Shown: piece by piece, positions 8,527 to 19,600 of the stretch
How the letters are laid out: each line of letters opens with the position of its first letter
Position numbering within the stretch: position 1 is the first letter of the stretch
Origin: an uncultured Verrucomicrobiae bacterium
GTDB lineage: Bacteria; Verrucomicrobiota; Verrucomicrobiia; Palsa-1439
Length of the DNA stretch: 64,000 nucleotides
Direction: 5' to 3'
NCBI GenBank assembly: GCA_963836315.1
Contig: CAWIJG010000002.1
Span: 867,001-931,000 of the forward strand
Program-made: the position numbers and the translations under genes
The notes under the pieces: model-generated
What the model was told of the DNA's origin: nothing
The model's input: the letters and a program-made list of their open reading frames with translations, nothing else
Databases searched by the model: none

Positions 8527-10044
8527 TTATTCTTCTTGTGCTTGTCCTGTCGCCGCGGCAATCACTCGTTCAGCCGTGGCTTCCTGCCGACTGAACTCCG
8601 CGACGATCCGGCCCTCCCGCATCACGAGAATCCGGTCGCTCATCGCCAACACTTCCGGCAGATCGGAGGAAATCATCAACACCGACATGCCCGCCGCGGC
8701 TAGCTCGGCAATAAGCCGATGCACTTCCGCTTTCGCGCCGATGTCGATGCCGCGCGTCGGTTCATCGAGCAGCATCACCTTCGGTTTGGTCGCCAGCCAT
8801 TTTGCCAACACCACCTTCTGTTGGTTGCCACCCGATAATTCCCGGAGGGGCTGCTCGATGTCCTGCAACTTCACGTCGAGACGATTGACCTCGCCCTGCG
8901 CAACCTCCCGCGCCTCCGCGTCTCGCCGCCAACCAAATCTCGCCAGCCGGTCGACAATCGCCAGCGTCGCGTTCTGCCACACGCTCATCGGCATCAGCAC
9001 GCCGTGGTGTTGACGGTCCTCCGGCACGAGCGCCACCCCTTTCGCCATCGCCTCGCGTGGCCGATTGTTCTGGACCGCTTCTCCATCGACAAGGATTTCC
9101 CCGGCATCGACCTTCTCGATCCCAAAAATCGCACGCGCCACTTCCGTCCGTCCCGCGCCGACCAATCCCGCCAGCCCGACCACTTCACCGGCGCGCACCC
9201 GCAGATTAATGTCCGAGAATTGTCCCGCACGCGTCAACCCGCGCGTTTCCAGCAAGGTGGCGCCAATCCCATGCCTCGCTTCCCGGGCAAACAACGTTTC
9301 CATCGGGCGTCCCACCATCAACCGGAGAATCTCGTCAATCGACGTCTCTTTCGTCAGTCGTTCGCCGACGATTTCGCCGTCGCGCAACACGGTGATGCGC
9401 TCGCAAATCTCAAAAATCTCCTCCAGCCGATGCCCAATGAATGCCAATGCCGCGCCCTGGTCGCGCAGCTGCCGCATGACTCCGAACAACCGCTTGACCT
9501 CGCTCGGCGTCAACGCCGCGGTCGTCTCATCCATCAACAGGATCTTCGCGTGCTGCGACAGCGCCGCCGCCATCTCCACCATTTGTCGGTCGGCAATCGA
9601 CAGCCCGCGCACCTTCGCCCGGGGATCAATCTTCACACCCAGCGATTCCAGCGTCTTCGCCGCCTCGCAAGCCATCGCTTCCCAGTCAATTCGTCCTTGG
9701 CGGCACGGTTGGCGGCCAATAAAAATATTCTCCGCCACGCTTAGATCGGGAAATGTCAGCGGCTCCTGATGGATCAACGCGATCCCCTGCGCAATGGCGT
9801 CGTGCGGACGGTGAAAGTGAACCGCTTGGCCGTTGACCTCGATCGCGCCGGCACGCGGCACGTGCACGCCGCCGATGAGTTTCGCCAACGTGGACTTGCC
9901 CGCGCCGTTTTCCCCAACCAGTCCATGAATCTCGCCGGGCAGCAATTCGAGATTGGCGTTCTTGAGCACATCCACGCCCCCAAACGTCTTGTGGAGGCCG
10001 ACGGCTTTGACCAGCGGCGTTTGTTCACTCATGGGAATCGCCAT
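8527..10044 (-). CDS. Sugar-type ABC transporter ATP-binding protein with two fused nucleotide-binding domains (RbsA/MglA/XylG-like)
   Basis: 505 aa with two Walker A (GENGAGKST; GLVGAGRT) and two signature regions (LSGGNQQK). Start is 12 nt after the upstream glycoside-hydrolase stop. Confidence 0.85.
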   Translation of the reverse strand: MAIPMSEQTPLVKAVGLHKTFGGVDVLKNANLELLPGEIHGLVGENGAGKSTLAKLIGGVHVPRAGAIEVNGQAVHFHRPHDAIAQGIALIHQEPLTFPDLSVAENIFIGRQPCRQGRIDWEAMACEAAKTLESLGVKIDPRAKVRGLSIADRQMVEMAAALSQHAKILLMDETTAALTPSEVKRLFGVMRQLRDQGAALAFIGHRLEEIFEICERITVLRDGEIVGERLTKETSIDEILRLMVGRPMETLFAREARHGIGATLLETRGLTRAGQFSDINLRVRAGEVVGLAGLVGAGRTEVARAIFGIEKVDAGEILVDGEAVQNNRPREAMAKGVALVPEDRQHHGVLMPMSVWQNATLAIVDRLARFGWRRDAEAREVAQGEVNRLDVKLQDIEQPLRELSGGNQQKVVLAKWLATKPKVMLLDEPTRGIDIGAKAEVHRLIAELAAAGMSVLMISSDLPEVLAMSDRILVMREGRIVAEFSRQEATAERVIAAATGQAQEE

Positions 10045-10056
10045 TGTGCTTCCCGC

Positions 10057-12654
10057 TCATCGCGCGAGCAATTGCACCGGGCCAAGGAGACCGCTCGGGT
10101 GCACCTGCGCTTGGACTGGATCGTAGTCTTTGTAGGCCCGGTTGACGAAAAAATACCCGGGCCACTTGCTCGGATCTTTCCAGTCGGTCGCAATGGGCGC
10201 GATGGCATTCTCGGCCCGGTTCGCCACCTTGACGACGATCTCGTTCTTTCCGTCGCGCACCAGACCGGTGACCTCAACCCGGAACGGAACTTCAAAAACG
10301 GTTCCCGCCGGCTTTCCATTCACGCTGACCGACGCGACATCGCGCACGTCGCCTAGATCCAAAATCACGTCTCCCCGTGGCTCACCAGACAGATGGAATG
10401 TTGTTCGATAGATCGCCGTGCCTGCGAAGTGTTTCAAGTCATCGGTCCCCGTCCAGTCAATCAACTGGGGGAAACTCCTTTCAAACGGCCTGCGCCCGTC
10501 GATGTGTCGGAACTCGACCCGCCACGGACCCTGGACTGTGGCGATTGGCTTCTCCGGGCGCGCCGGAACAGAGGCGCGTCCCGGGGCGGCTTTGTCGCGT
10601 CGGATCATGACCAAGCGCGACTCCTTCGGACCGATCTCGATGTCAGCCGCCACGCGTCCACCATCAACGTGGTACGAAGATGGTTCGATCTTGCCGCTGC
10701 GCGCGTCCCAGATTTCCAGACAGCCCTTCGCGCGGAAAGAAAACGTCTGGCGAATTTGATTCGTCGGTGACGGGTTGTGCAGCAGGAACAAATCATAATC
10801 GGCTCCCTGACGGTGCAACCAGCGGACTTGAGTCAGATCATCTGCCTTCAATTGCGGCTCGATATCCAAGCCTTGCAGAATTGCCGGGATGTTTTGCTCA
10901 TCGGCCAGATACGTGGTTCCTTTGCCAATCTTTCGCGGCGCTGTTCCTGCTTTCTCGAAGAAGAGATCCGCTGCATTCTGACGGAGCTCGGCTGTCTGCG
11001 CATCATGGTTCTTGAAAGTCGGGATTTCTGACGGCAGTTGCTCCGCCACAACCGTCAGGCCATCCTTAACCAGTGCCTGAACCTTTTCGAGCGTCTCCAA
11101 CGGCATGACCGACGCGTCCAGAATCAACACGCGGTAGCGGCTGGCTCGATCAATGGTCCGATCGGTCACACGATCAGACAACCATTGCGGCAAGCCCCGC
11201 GCGTTATAGACGCACACGTCCGCCACAGGCCGGCCCGAGCGAAGCAACAGGCAGTTGCGGCTCAGAGTATCGGCAAGAACGCGGAAGTACGGCCAGAAGG
11301 TATTGTTATGGTCGATCTCGCAGGAGGCGTAGAAGGTCCAGCCGGGAAAACCGGCGCCCGGCGGCGAATAATTATATCCGTGAAACACAAGTTGATTGGC
11401 GCCGTCGGCAATAATCTCATCCGCTTGTTGACGAAGATCGTGCAGGGTCACCCGCCAGTGTTCCGTCAGCCACGTGAAGCTTTCGCAGGAAACCACCGGA
11501 TGACCGTACACGTGCGCTGCCGTCAGCGCCATGTTGGCCCCAATGGCCGTGTCATCCGAAGATTTGAAATCCATCTCGAATTCGGGGAAGTCCGCCATCC
11601 CGTAGGAATCTTCCCAATCGGTCGGGCTGCCGTGCGCCTGTGCGCGTGATTGCAAGCCGTGCTGGTGGCTCCAGCGCGTCAGTTCCCCATAACAATTCTC
11701 CACGATCAGATCACGAAGCGTTTGTTCGTAATCCCATTTCACCTGCGCGGCGATGCCTCGACCCGACCCGTCGAGCAAATGCAGATAGGGCGTCAGGTCA
11801 TAACCGCGTCGCGCACGGAACTGTTGGAGAAAATCCGTCGTCCACGTGGGCCTGCCAAGTTCCCAACTGTCCATGAACAAGCTCTCGAACGTCGGGCCCG
11901 CAAGCTTGCCGACTCGATCCAGCACCGGCTGCACGCAATGGTCCAGATGAAAATCCATCGCGGCTGCGCTCAAATGATCCAATACCGGGCCTCTGTCCCG
12001 GGGATTCGCTCGTTTGTGCGCGCCCACCCCGCCAAGTTTCGCCCAAAAACACGTTGCCAACCATTTGCCTTCGGGCACAGACACGGAGATCTGCCCGTCC
12101 GACGGCAGTTCGTTAGTCACCACCTGTGCGGCCTCGACGGTCCCGTCCCGCCGCAACGTTACCGCAACCACCGGCCCGCGCGGCTGGAAGATCGCCTCTC
12201 GCTCCCCCGGGCCGTCGAGCGGAACCGTTTGTGACTCCAGGCTCTGGCCCGCATGCGCGTTATCAATCCATGGTCCGGCATACGGCCAGCCGCTTCCCGG
12301 AGTCAGGTCCACTTTCATGCCCAGCTTGGCGGCTTCCTCAATGCACGCCGCGACACGGTCCGCCCATTCGGGTGAAGCGTACACCACCGGCTTGTGGCCG
12401 GGCACCGCGGGCAAAGCATCGTACAAAGACTGGATCTCCACTCCCGCCAACCCTTGCTCCTTCATCCCCTTCAGCTCGCGCGCCAATTCCTGCCGCGTCA
12501 CCGCCCCGCCGAACCACCAGTAGCGCGTGCGCGGTCGGTATTCCATCGGCGGATTGGCGAAGTCGCGCTGCAGTTGCGCCGCCGTCGGCAACCCTTCCGC
12601 CATGGACGCGGATGCCAGGAAACCGCCGAACAGAATGGCGCAAAAAAGTCTCAT
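10057..12654 (-). CDS. Secreted glycoside hydrolase, possibly GH106-type alpha-L-rhamnosidase (family tentative)
   Basis: Start placed at internal ATG 12654, giving signal peptide MRLFCAILFGGFLASASMA; the track ORF extends into the upstream gene. N-terminal motif DFANPPMEYRPRTRYWWFGG resembles the GH106-like N-terminus. Confidence 0.6.
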   Translation of the reverse strand: MRLFCAILFGGFLASASMAEGLPTAAQLQRDFANPPMEYRPRTRYWWFGGAVTRQELARELKGMKEQGLAGVEIQSLYDALPAVPGHKPVVYASPEWADRVAACIEEAAKLGMKVDLTPGSGWPYAGPWIDNAHAGQSLESQTVPLDGPGEREAIFQPRGPVVAVTLRRDGTVEAAQVVTNELPSDGQISVSVPEGKWLATCFWAKLGGVGAHKRANPRDRGPVLDHLSAAAMDFHLDHCVQPVLDRVGKLAGPTFESLFMDSWELGRPTWTTDFLQQFRARRGYDLTPYLHLLDGSGRGIAAQVKWDYEQTLRDLIVENCYGELTRWSHQHGLQSRAQAHGSPTDWEDSYGMADFPEFEMDFKSSDDTAIGANMALTAAHVYGHPVVSCESFTWLTEHWRVTLHDLRQQADEIIADGANQLVFHGYNYSPPGAGFPGWTFYASCEIDHNNTFWPYFRVLADTLSRNCLLLRSGRPVADVCVYNARGLPQWLSDRVTDRTIDRASRYRVLILDASVMPLETLEKVQALVKDGLTVVAEQLPSEIPTFKNHDAQTAELRQNAADLFFEKAGTAPRKIGKGTTYLADEQNIPAILQGLDIEPQLKADDLTQVRWLHRQGADYDLFLLHNPSPTNQIRQTFSFRAKGCLEIWDARSGKIEPSSYHVDGGRVAADIEIGPKESRLVMIRRDKAAPGRASVPARPEKPIATVQGPWRVEFRHIDGRRPFERSFPQLIDWTGTDDLKHFAGTAIYRTTFHLSGEPRGDVILDLGDVRDVASVSVNGKPAGTVFEVPFRVEVTGLVRDGKNEIVVKVANRAENAIAPIATDWKDPSKWPGYFFVNRAYKDYDPVQAQVHPSGLLGPVQLLAR

Positions 12655-12680
12655 ACGTTCCAAGCCACGAGTATGCCGCG

Positions 12681-14831
12681 CTACGGTGCGGGCTTCAATC
12701 CCTCCCAGCGCACAACCCATTGGCCATTGTCGGGAAAACCGGGGGCGCTTCTTCTCGGTGCGCCGCTTGTTCCGCCGAAGCCAACAGGCGAAGGCGAATC
12801 CCAGCCCGCCGCCATCATCGCCACGGCATACAGCAAGCCGCCATTGCCGGGTAGGTAAATCGTCAGGCCGGGGCGCTGATAATTGTGGCCGTTCACGCGG
12901 TAATGGTTCTTCGGCGTGTCGAGCAGCAACGCGTCCACCGCCCGTTCCGGTTCGCCCAGACGCGCCGCGCACATCGCCACCATCGGGTAGTCCCAGCCCC
13001 ACGTGTCGAGCCAATTCCAATTGTCCCAGATCCAGTCCAGCGTTCGGCGCATTGTGTCGAGATCCACCCCCGGTCCCGGCAACATCCCCAACGCGCCGGT
13101 CACCGACGGATGATCGTTCATCCATTTCTTTTCGGAGTACGTTCCCGTCGCGGTTTCCGCGAACAAATACTTTGCGTCGGCGACCGATGGCTTGGCCAGA
13201 TGCTGCAACACGTCATCCCACTTCTTGACGCGTGGCGAGCCGAGCCGCTCGCGCCATTGCTGCGCGGTCTCCAAACCCCAGCGCCAATAAGTCAGTTCAA
13301 AGACGGGATTCAGCGTGTGGTCTTTCGGGAAAATCTCCTGCGCGCTCTGCAGCACCGGCCCGAGCACGTACCGCTTCTTCGCCTCGTCCCGCGCCGGGTA
13401 CGACGCCATAAACTCGGCGGTCTTGAACACGATTCCTTTGTACCTCTCCAGCGTGGCGCGATCCGGGTGCGTTCGGTAGCACAACTCCGCGTAGAAAATC
13501 GGGTGGGGTTGCTGCCAGATCAGAAAGGGCCCCACCGGCGACGGCGATTCCGCGCCGCTCGGGTCGGTCATCTTCGGCCAGCGCGCGCCGGCGTAGCCCT
13601 GTCGTTTCGCCGTCCCTTCGGCGCGCGGCAGGATGGACTGATAGTAGCCCAGGCTTTTCTCAAGGAGCGGCAGGCGGTTCCACAATGCGAAGTGCGCCGC
13701 GTGCCACCAATGCATCTCCAGGTGAAATTTCCCGTACCAACTATTGTACGCCAGTCCGGTTTCCTGCGGCGGATAACTCCCGGCGCATTGAATCGCCGTA
13801 AGATACTGGGATAACACGATGCGCCGCTCGAGTTCCCGCCACCGCGGATCCTTGCTGCCGGACAAATCAATCGCGCCGCCCGTGCTCCAGAAGTTGTTCC
13901 AGTGTTCACGCGCTGCATCGCGTGTTTGGTCAAATGATGGTAGGAGGGCGATGGCCTGCTTCGGCGTAAATACACAGACAAGTTCCAACGCATCGGCATC
14001 CTTGGCCGGTGTTAGCAAGAACTTGTGTTTGGCAACTTCGGTGAGCTTTGCGCCGGCTGTCCACTTCGCATCAACCCAATAGCGGTCATTGTCCAGTTTG
14101 CGGGTGAACTCCCCAACGTTACTCTTGTCCTGCCGAAAAATCGTCTCATGCGCCTCAGGCTTGCTCCAGTCCGCCGTGCACATCTCGCCAGTCCCGTAGG
14201 GGAAATGAATCTGGATGCCAAGCTGTCCCCGCTTCAACAATGGCGACCGCACGTGCACGGCCAGAAGATCACTCGAAGGGTGGCATACGGTCTCCACTTC
14301 CACTGGTTGGCTGTCAAACTTGAAATGACTGACGAGCACACCGTCCCACAAGTTCAGGGTCTGTTCGATGTCCGTGAGATCACTTGTCGTCGCCGGTGAA
14401 CCATCGGCCTTGTTAAGTTGAAAACCGATGCGACCGAGATGAAGCCGGTGCGGATTGGCGCGCAGCCAGTCGCTTTCGGGAGTCCCCGACGCGTCGGCGT
14501 AACCCACCTGGCGCCCAAACACGTCGAATTCCTTGCACCGAAACTTGTCGATGCTCCAGCCCCCCGGGTTCGGCGACCTATGCCAGCCCCATTGCGAGAG
14601 CGTGCCGAGCGGAGTCGTCTTTTCGTACGCTTCCGCAAATGTCTGCAAGCCGGTCACATCGGCCGTGAATACGAACTCGCCGTTGCCCACTTGCAGCGGG
14701 TTTTCTGTGTCGAATTTTGTAAGCACCACGTCGTGCCGGGTTACCAGCGCGCGGCGGTCAATTGGGGGTGTCCCGGTATCCGCCAGCGCTGTTGTTGTCA
14801 ACACCCACAAACCAAAGACGGCGAAGCGCAT
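12681..14831 (-). CDS. Secreted putative glycoside hydrolase (family undetermined)
   Basis: ATG at 14831 with GAGGG Shine-Dalgarno-like sequence upstream; signal peptide MRFAVFGLWVLTTTALA. ~715 aa, Trp/His-rich. Any fold or family assignment is a guess. Confidence 0.5.
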   Translation of the reverse strand: MRFAVFGLWVLTTTALADTGTPPIDRRALVTRHDVVLTKFDTENPLQVGNGEFVFTADVTGLQTFAEAYEKTTPLGTLSQWGWHRSPNPGGWSIDKFRCKEFDVFGRQVGYADASGTPESDWLRANPHRLHLGRIGFQLNKADGSPATTSDLTDIEQTLNLWDGVLVSHFKFDSQPVEVETVCHPSSDLLAVHVRSPLLKRGQLGIQIHFPYGTGEMCTADWSKPEAHETIFRQDKSNVGEFTRKLDNDRYWVDAKWTAGAKLTEVAKHKFLLTPAKDADALELVCVFTPKQAIALLPSFDQTRDAAREHWNNFWSTGGAIDLSGSKDPRWRELERRIVLSQYLTAIQCAGSYPPQETGLAYNSWYGKFHLEMHWWHAAHFALWNRLPLLEKSLGYYQSILPRAEGTAKRQGYAGARWPKMTDPSGAESPSPVGPFLIWQQPHPIFYAELCYRTHPDRATLERYKGIVFKTAEFMASYPARDEAKKRYVLGPVLQSAQEIFPKDHTLNPVFELTYWRWGLETAQQWRERLGSPRVKKWDDVLQHLAKPSVADAKYLFAETATGTYSEKKWMNDHPSVTGALGMLPGPGVDLDTMRRTLDWIWDNWNWLDTWGWDYPMVAMCAARLGEPERAVDALLLDTPKNHYRVNGHNYQRPGLTIYLPGNGGLLYAVAMMAAGWDSPSPVGFGGTSGAPRRSAPGFPDNGQWVVRWEGLKPAP

Positions 14832-14839
14832 TCCTGCCC

Positions 14840-16612
14840 TCACGGATTAACTCTCACCTGTCCGATGAGGTAAGTTGCCGGCGCAACAGGAACATCGTTG
14901 GTGACGGATATCTTTGCCGGATTGCTGACGAGGCTGCGATGACCGGTGCGGAACACCAGCCGGTTCAGCCAGGCCGTAGACTGTGCGAACGCGGCGTCCT
15001 TCAAAACCGGTTTGCCATCAAGCGTGACCGCAAATTTTCCAACAACGGCGTCAGCGTCGATCTGGAACGCCATCCACTGGTTGGCAGCATACAAGGCGCA
15101 ATCGACCGTGTTGCTTCCATCAACGGCGCGGATCTTTCCATCGTCGCCAAGGCTCAACCGCACGGGATGCGCGCCTCCCAGGTCGCTAAACAACTCGATT
15201 TCCATCAAGCCCCCGTTGGGCTGCATGGCAAACAGACGGAATGATGCGCTGACTTTTTTACTTTTCGGAAAAACTAGGGCCGCGACCGCATGCTCATATG
15301 GGTCACGGTCTTCGAGTCGCAAAGCCTTCGTCTTTCCGTGGTCCGTCGTTTCGACCACGGTTACCGGTGCCCATTGGGGACTGCAGATGTTCCACCCGGC
15401 AAAATCGTCGGCAGCCGGCCTCGTTCGCCCGGCATGCACGGGCACGGGGATTCGACTGACCCAGATGTCTTCCTTGCTCACGCTGTAGGCTACCCACAAG
15501 CCGGTGTCCTTCCACGAACCATCGTTGGACCATTCGGAAACGCCCCGCGCGTATTGCGGGCCCATGTTCTTATTCGCGCCTTCGTAGCGTTGAATCGGCA
15601 GTTCACCATGAACCACGCACATATCGCGGAAGGCGACGCCGTCATCACTGGTCACAATGACCAAAGGGAAACGCTTCTCTTTGTCGGGTTCATACAACAG
15701 GGCGAACCGGCCATCGCTCGTGCGTTGTCCCCAAACCTTGCCGTTTCCCGTGACCAGCGAAGGCGGACGGACCGGCTTGGACCACGTGCTGCCCTCGTCC
15801 TTGGAGATCGTGACCCAGCCTTTCTTGCCGATCCCCACCAAGGCGCCGTCCTTGCGGTGGAAAAACGACATCGCTTTCAACTGCATGCTTTTGTCATCCG
15901 ACTCATGCCACTTCATCCGGCGGTCGCCGAGCAGGTTGCCGAAATCCTGTTGTTCCAGAAAAGGGCGTTGATTCAGCAGTTGAACACACGCATCGACGAA
16001 TCCCTTGTCGGTCGAACTGCCGAACAGAGGAGGCCCGTCCTGTCCGTTGCCGGTTGAAGGCGCTGACAACGTGAATACGGGGCCTAACGTGTGATTGGCC
16101 AAAATTTCCCGCCCCACCAACGGACCTTTCAACGTTTCGCTGAGTTTGGTCAGTCCCAGCCGCAGTCCGGCAATTGCCAGCATCCGGCCATTGGTCGCCA
16201 GAAAGAAATGCATCCGCAGCGGGGTGGAGACGCCTTGGGGAAACAACTCCGCCGGCGCTGACCAATGCTCGCCGTCAGCCGATGTGCTGTACAATTCATG
16301 CCACGGCCAGACGTCCTCGTCTTTCTCACCGGAAGTCCAGGAGACGTATAGGCGTCCCTTCCAGCACGCCATGTCCACGTGGTGGTTATAGGTCCAGCCC
16401 TTGCCGTCGGCCAGACCCGGCGCGGTTCGCGTGGCACGAAACACCTCGATGTTCCACACGCCAACCGCCGGCGGCAGTCCGCCATCGGGTAAACTCAAAT
16501 CTAACTTGCCTTGCTCCGGTCCGTCAATGCGTAGGGCGTCTTGCGGAGTTGCCGTCGCCGCGGCAACCAGCATGAGTAGGAGGACGGGAATCAATGGGGA
16601 CGACAGTTTCAT
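14840..16612 (-). CDS. Secreted BNR/Asp-box sialidase-like (six-bladed beta-propeller) glycosidase
   Basis: Start ATG 16612 overlaps the upstream stop (ATGA at 16609-16612); signal peptide MKLSSPLIPVLLLMLVAAATA. Asp-box repeats STSADGEHWS, SKDEGSTWS, TSDDGVAF. Confidence 0.7.
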   Translation of the reverse strand: MKLSSPLIPVLLLMLVAAATATPQDALRIDGPEQGKLDLSLPDGGLPPAVGVWNIEVFRATRTAPGLADGKGWTYNHHVDMACWKGRLYVSWTSGEKDEDVWPWHELYSTSADGEHWSAPAELFPQGVSTPLRMHFFLATNGRMLAIAGLRLGLTKLSETLKGPLVGREILANHTLGPVFTLSAPSTGNGQDGPPLFGSSTDKGFVDACVQLLNQRPFLEQQDFGNLLGDRRMKWHESDDKSMQLKAMSFFHRKDGALVGIGKKGWVTISKDEGSTWSKPVRPPSLVTGNGKVWGQRTSDGRFALLYEPDKEKRFPLVIVTSDDGVAFRDMCVVHGELPIQRYEGANKNMGPQYARGVSEWSNDGSWKDTGLWVAYSVSKEDIWVSRIPVPVHAGRTRPAADDFAGWNICSPQWAPVTVVETTDHGKTKALRLEDRDPYEHAVAALVFPKSKKVSASFRLFAMQPNGGLMEIELFSDLGGAHPVRLSLGDDGKIRAVDGSNTVDCALYAANQWMAFQIDADAVVGKFAVTLDGKPVLKDAAFAQSTAWLNRLVFRTGHRSLVSNPAKISVTNDVPVAPATYLIGQVRVNP

Positions 16613-19600
16613 GAATGACCGAACTGTGATTCGAAGGTGTAGCTTCCCGACTCGACGGCAAACACGGCGCGGTCGCCTTCGCGGCGAAGGAACTTCACGC
16701 CCGGTCGCTGTTCGGCAGGCGCGCCGCCTTCCCGCACTGCCGTGTCTGCGCGCGCGGGCACGAAGACCGTCGCGGTCGTGTTTGCGGGAATCGTCGCCTT
16801 CAATACAAACCGTTCGCCGTCGTGTTCCCATCGCACAGCGATCGGGCCGTGGATTGACTCGTAGCCTGCCTCGACCCATGTGAGATCACCAACGGGCTGC
16901 GGACGAAGCATGATCTTCTTGAAACCCGGACCTGTCAGGTCGCCATCGATGCCGGCTAGGTCCCTGTAAAACCATTCCGTGATTTGTCCGAGCATAAAAT
17001 GATTATGCGAGGAACTGAGGTTCGCGTCCCACGATTCGGTAAGACTCGTCGCCCCCTTCCTTAGTTGGTAGCCATAGCCGGGCTTGTCGTCCTGGTTGAT
17101 CATCCGGTAGACCACGTCGGAACGCCCACCTTCGGCGAGAGCCTGAAGGAGGTAGCGGAAGCCGACGTCGCCCGCCGTCATCGCGTAACCGTGCTGTTCC
17201 ACATCGCGCACGAGCGCCGCCAGTATGCGGGCACGGCAAGCGGGCTCCACGATGTTCATCACCAACGGCAGCGCGTTGGCGCACTGCGAGCCGGTGGCAT
17301 AAGAACCGGTGTCGCTGTGGAAAAAGTGGCGATTGTAGCTTTCACGAATTCTCCCGGCGCGCCTGTTGTAGTGTCTGGCGTCATCCGCGCGGCCCAGAAG
17401 CGTGGCGGCCTTGGCAAGAATCGTCGCGTCGGTAAAATAGAACGCCGTGGCCGTGACGGGTGGCGGCGTAAGCTGGGCGGCCCCGGGTTTTTTCGGGCCG
17501 AGATCGCACCAGTCACCAAGCCCCTCGGACACGATATCATCGGTGGCACGAGTTTCGAGATAGGCGAAGTAGCGTTTCATGGCGTCGAAGTGGGCGCGCA
17601 GCAGGTCGAGGTCGCCGGTAAATTGGTATTGCTGCCACGGCACTAGGATGAAGGCCGAACCCCATTCCGTCGCGGTGCGGAACGTGCCTTTAAACTTCGC
17701 GTATTCCGGCGCGGTGGTCGGCACAAATCCGTCATCGGCCTGCGCGTCGGCCATGTCGTGCATGCCCTTGGTGAAAATCCGCGCGACATCAAACTCGTAG
17801 CGGATCGCCGGGCCGTTGAGGTGATACTGCTCAAGCCACCCCAGCTTCTCGCGGTGCGGACAATCGGTCAGAATAGAAACCATGTTCGACCGTTGCGCCC
17901 AGCGCACGAGGGTACGGATGCGGTTTAGCAACTCGTTCGATGTGGCAAACCGCCCGAGCGGCGCCGCGCTCGAATGCACCACGACGCCCTTAATTGATGC
18001 GATCCGCGGCAGCCGCTTCGTTTTTCCGAGCGGTGCCGGCCCGCCGGCCTCCGGCGGGAGAAACTCGGCTTTCAGGTACCGGCAACCCACGTAGAAAAAC
18101 TTGGGGAACCACGTCTCCTCGCCGTCCGTGGCCTTGGTGTATTGCCACCACGAACTCCCGCGACTTTCGCCTCCCATGGTACTGCGATTAATTGTGCCGT
18201 CAGCGTTGACAACCTCGGCTGGCGTGAGCCGCACAGTGCTGCCCGCCGGTCCGCTCACGCGGACGCGGGGCATAGTCGAGACGTTTTGGCCGAGGTCATA
18301 TACCACGGTACCGTCGGGAAATGCCTGCGCCGCGACCGGCCGTCGCGTCTCGATGGCGCGTAACGGCTCGGTCCCGTCACTGTGGCCGCGTAATGTGTCG
18401 CCGGCCCGGATGATCGCCACCGCCCGCAGCCATGCGTGGTCGTCGAAACCCGGCTGGGTCCAACCCGCCGGTTCCAGCCGCGCATCGGTATCTTCGCCGC
18501 CGTAGATGTTATTGAAGGTGATCGGCCCGGTCAGCGTGCGCCACGTCCCGTCGGTGCCGACGAACTCGACCGTGCCATCCGCATATTCGAGCCGCAGGTG
18601 CAGGATCGCGCGCAACGGGCCGAAGGAGCCGGTGAATTTCACGAACCGATTTCGGCGGACGACATTATACATGCCGTTGCCGAGGATGACCCCGACGGTG
18701 TTGGTGCCCTCGCGCAGCAGGTCGGTCACGTCCCGCGTGTCGTAGAGCGTCGTTCGTTCATAGTTGGTCCACCCCGGCGAGAGCAGATCGTCCCCGGCCT
18801 TCGCGCCGTTGAACTCGAGTTCGTACTGACCCAGCCCACACACATGCACCACCGCGCGGCGCAATCCCGGCCTTACAGAGAATTCGTGGCGTAGCAGCAG
18901 CGACTCGGTCGCGCCCGGCGCGGCAATCCAGACGCCCTTCCAATCCGCCGGCTTGAGTAACCCCATTGTCCAAGTCGCGTTCGCACTCCAGGGCGAGGCG
19001 TGACCGTCGCAGTCCCAGGCCCGCACCTTCCAAAACACGGGCTGCGATGATGCCAGTGGCGCGCCCGCGTAACGAATAAAGGTGGTTTCATCCGACGCAA
19101 CACGTCCGCTGTCCCAAAGATCGCCACGATCCTGCGCAAGGATTTCCGCCGCCGACGCCACCAACACTTGCCACGCGGTTTGCCGCTGGCCGCGTTGGTC
19201 GCTCGCCACGCGCCAGAACAACCGGGGTTGTCCGACATCGATGCCGAGCGGATCCGTGGCGAATTCGCACCGCGGGTCGGTGACGTGAAGACCGGCGTCG
19301 GAACTCTCCAGCCCTTCTGCAACCATGAGTTTCTTCGGGTCGAGGACAACGTGTTTGATGTGCTGGCGATTCCATGTGTACGTAATGTGAATCAGGCCGT
19401 CGGATGCCTGGATGACGGCGGGATACGCATAGCCATATTCACACGGCTCAGCTTCAAGGGTGAGCACGTGCTGCCACTTCACGCCATCCGACGAAATCGC
19501 CACGTCGAGCGGATAGCGAACGCCCTTCGTCGGGCGCTCCGGTGGCGGCACGGAATGATTGTAAACCAGCAATTGGCGGCCATCGGACAGCGTGACGGCG

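Noticed and set aside
12655-13125. N-terminal 157-aa extension of the GH106-like ORF from the track start
   Set aside because: The extension overlaps the C-terminus of the upstream gene and is Arg/Gly-rich. The internal ATG at 12654 gives a canonical signal peptide.
14832-14843. GTG start at 14843 for the 12681 gene, which would create a 4-bp overlap with the upstream stop
   Set aside because: An in-frame ATG at 14831 is preceded by a GAGGG Shine-Dalgarno-like sequence and yields a cleaner signal peptide. The GTG remains possible.
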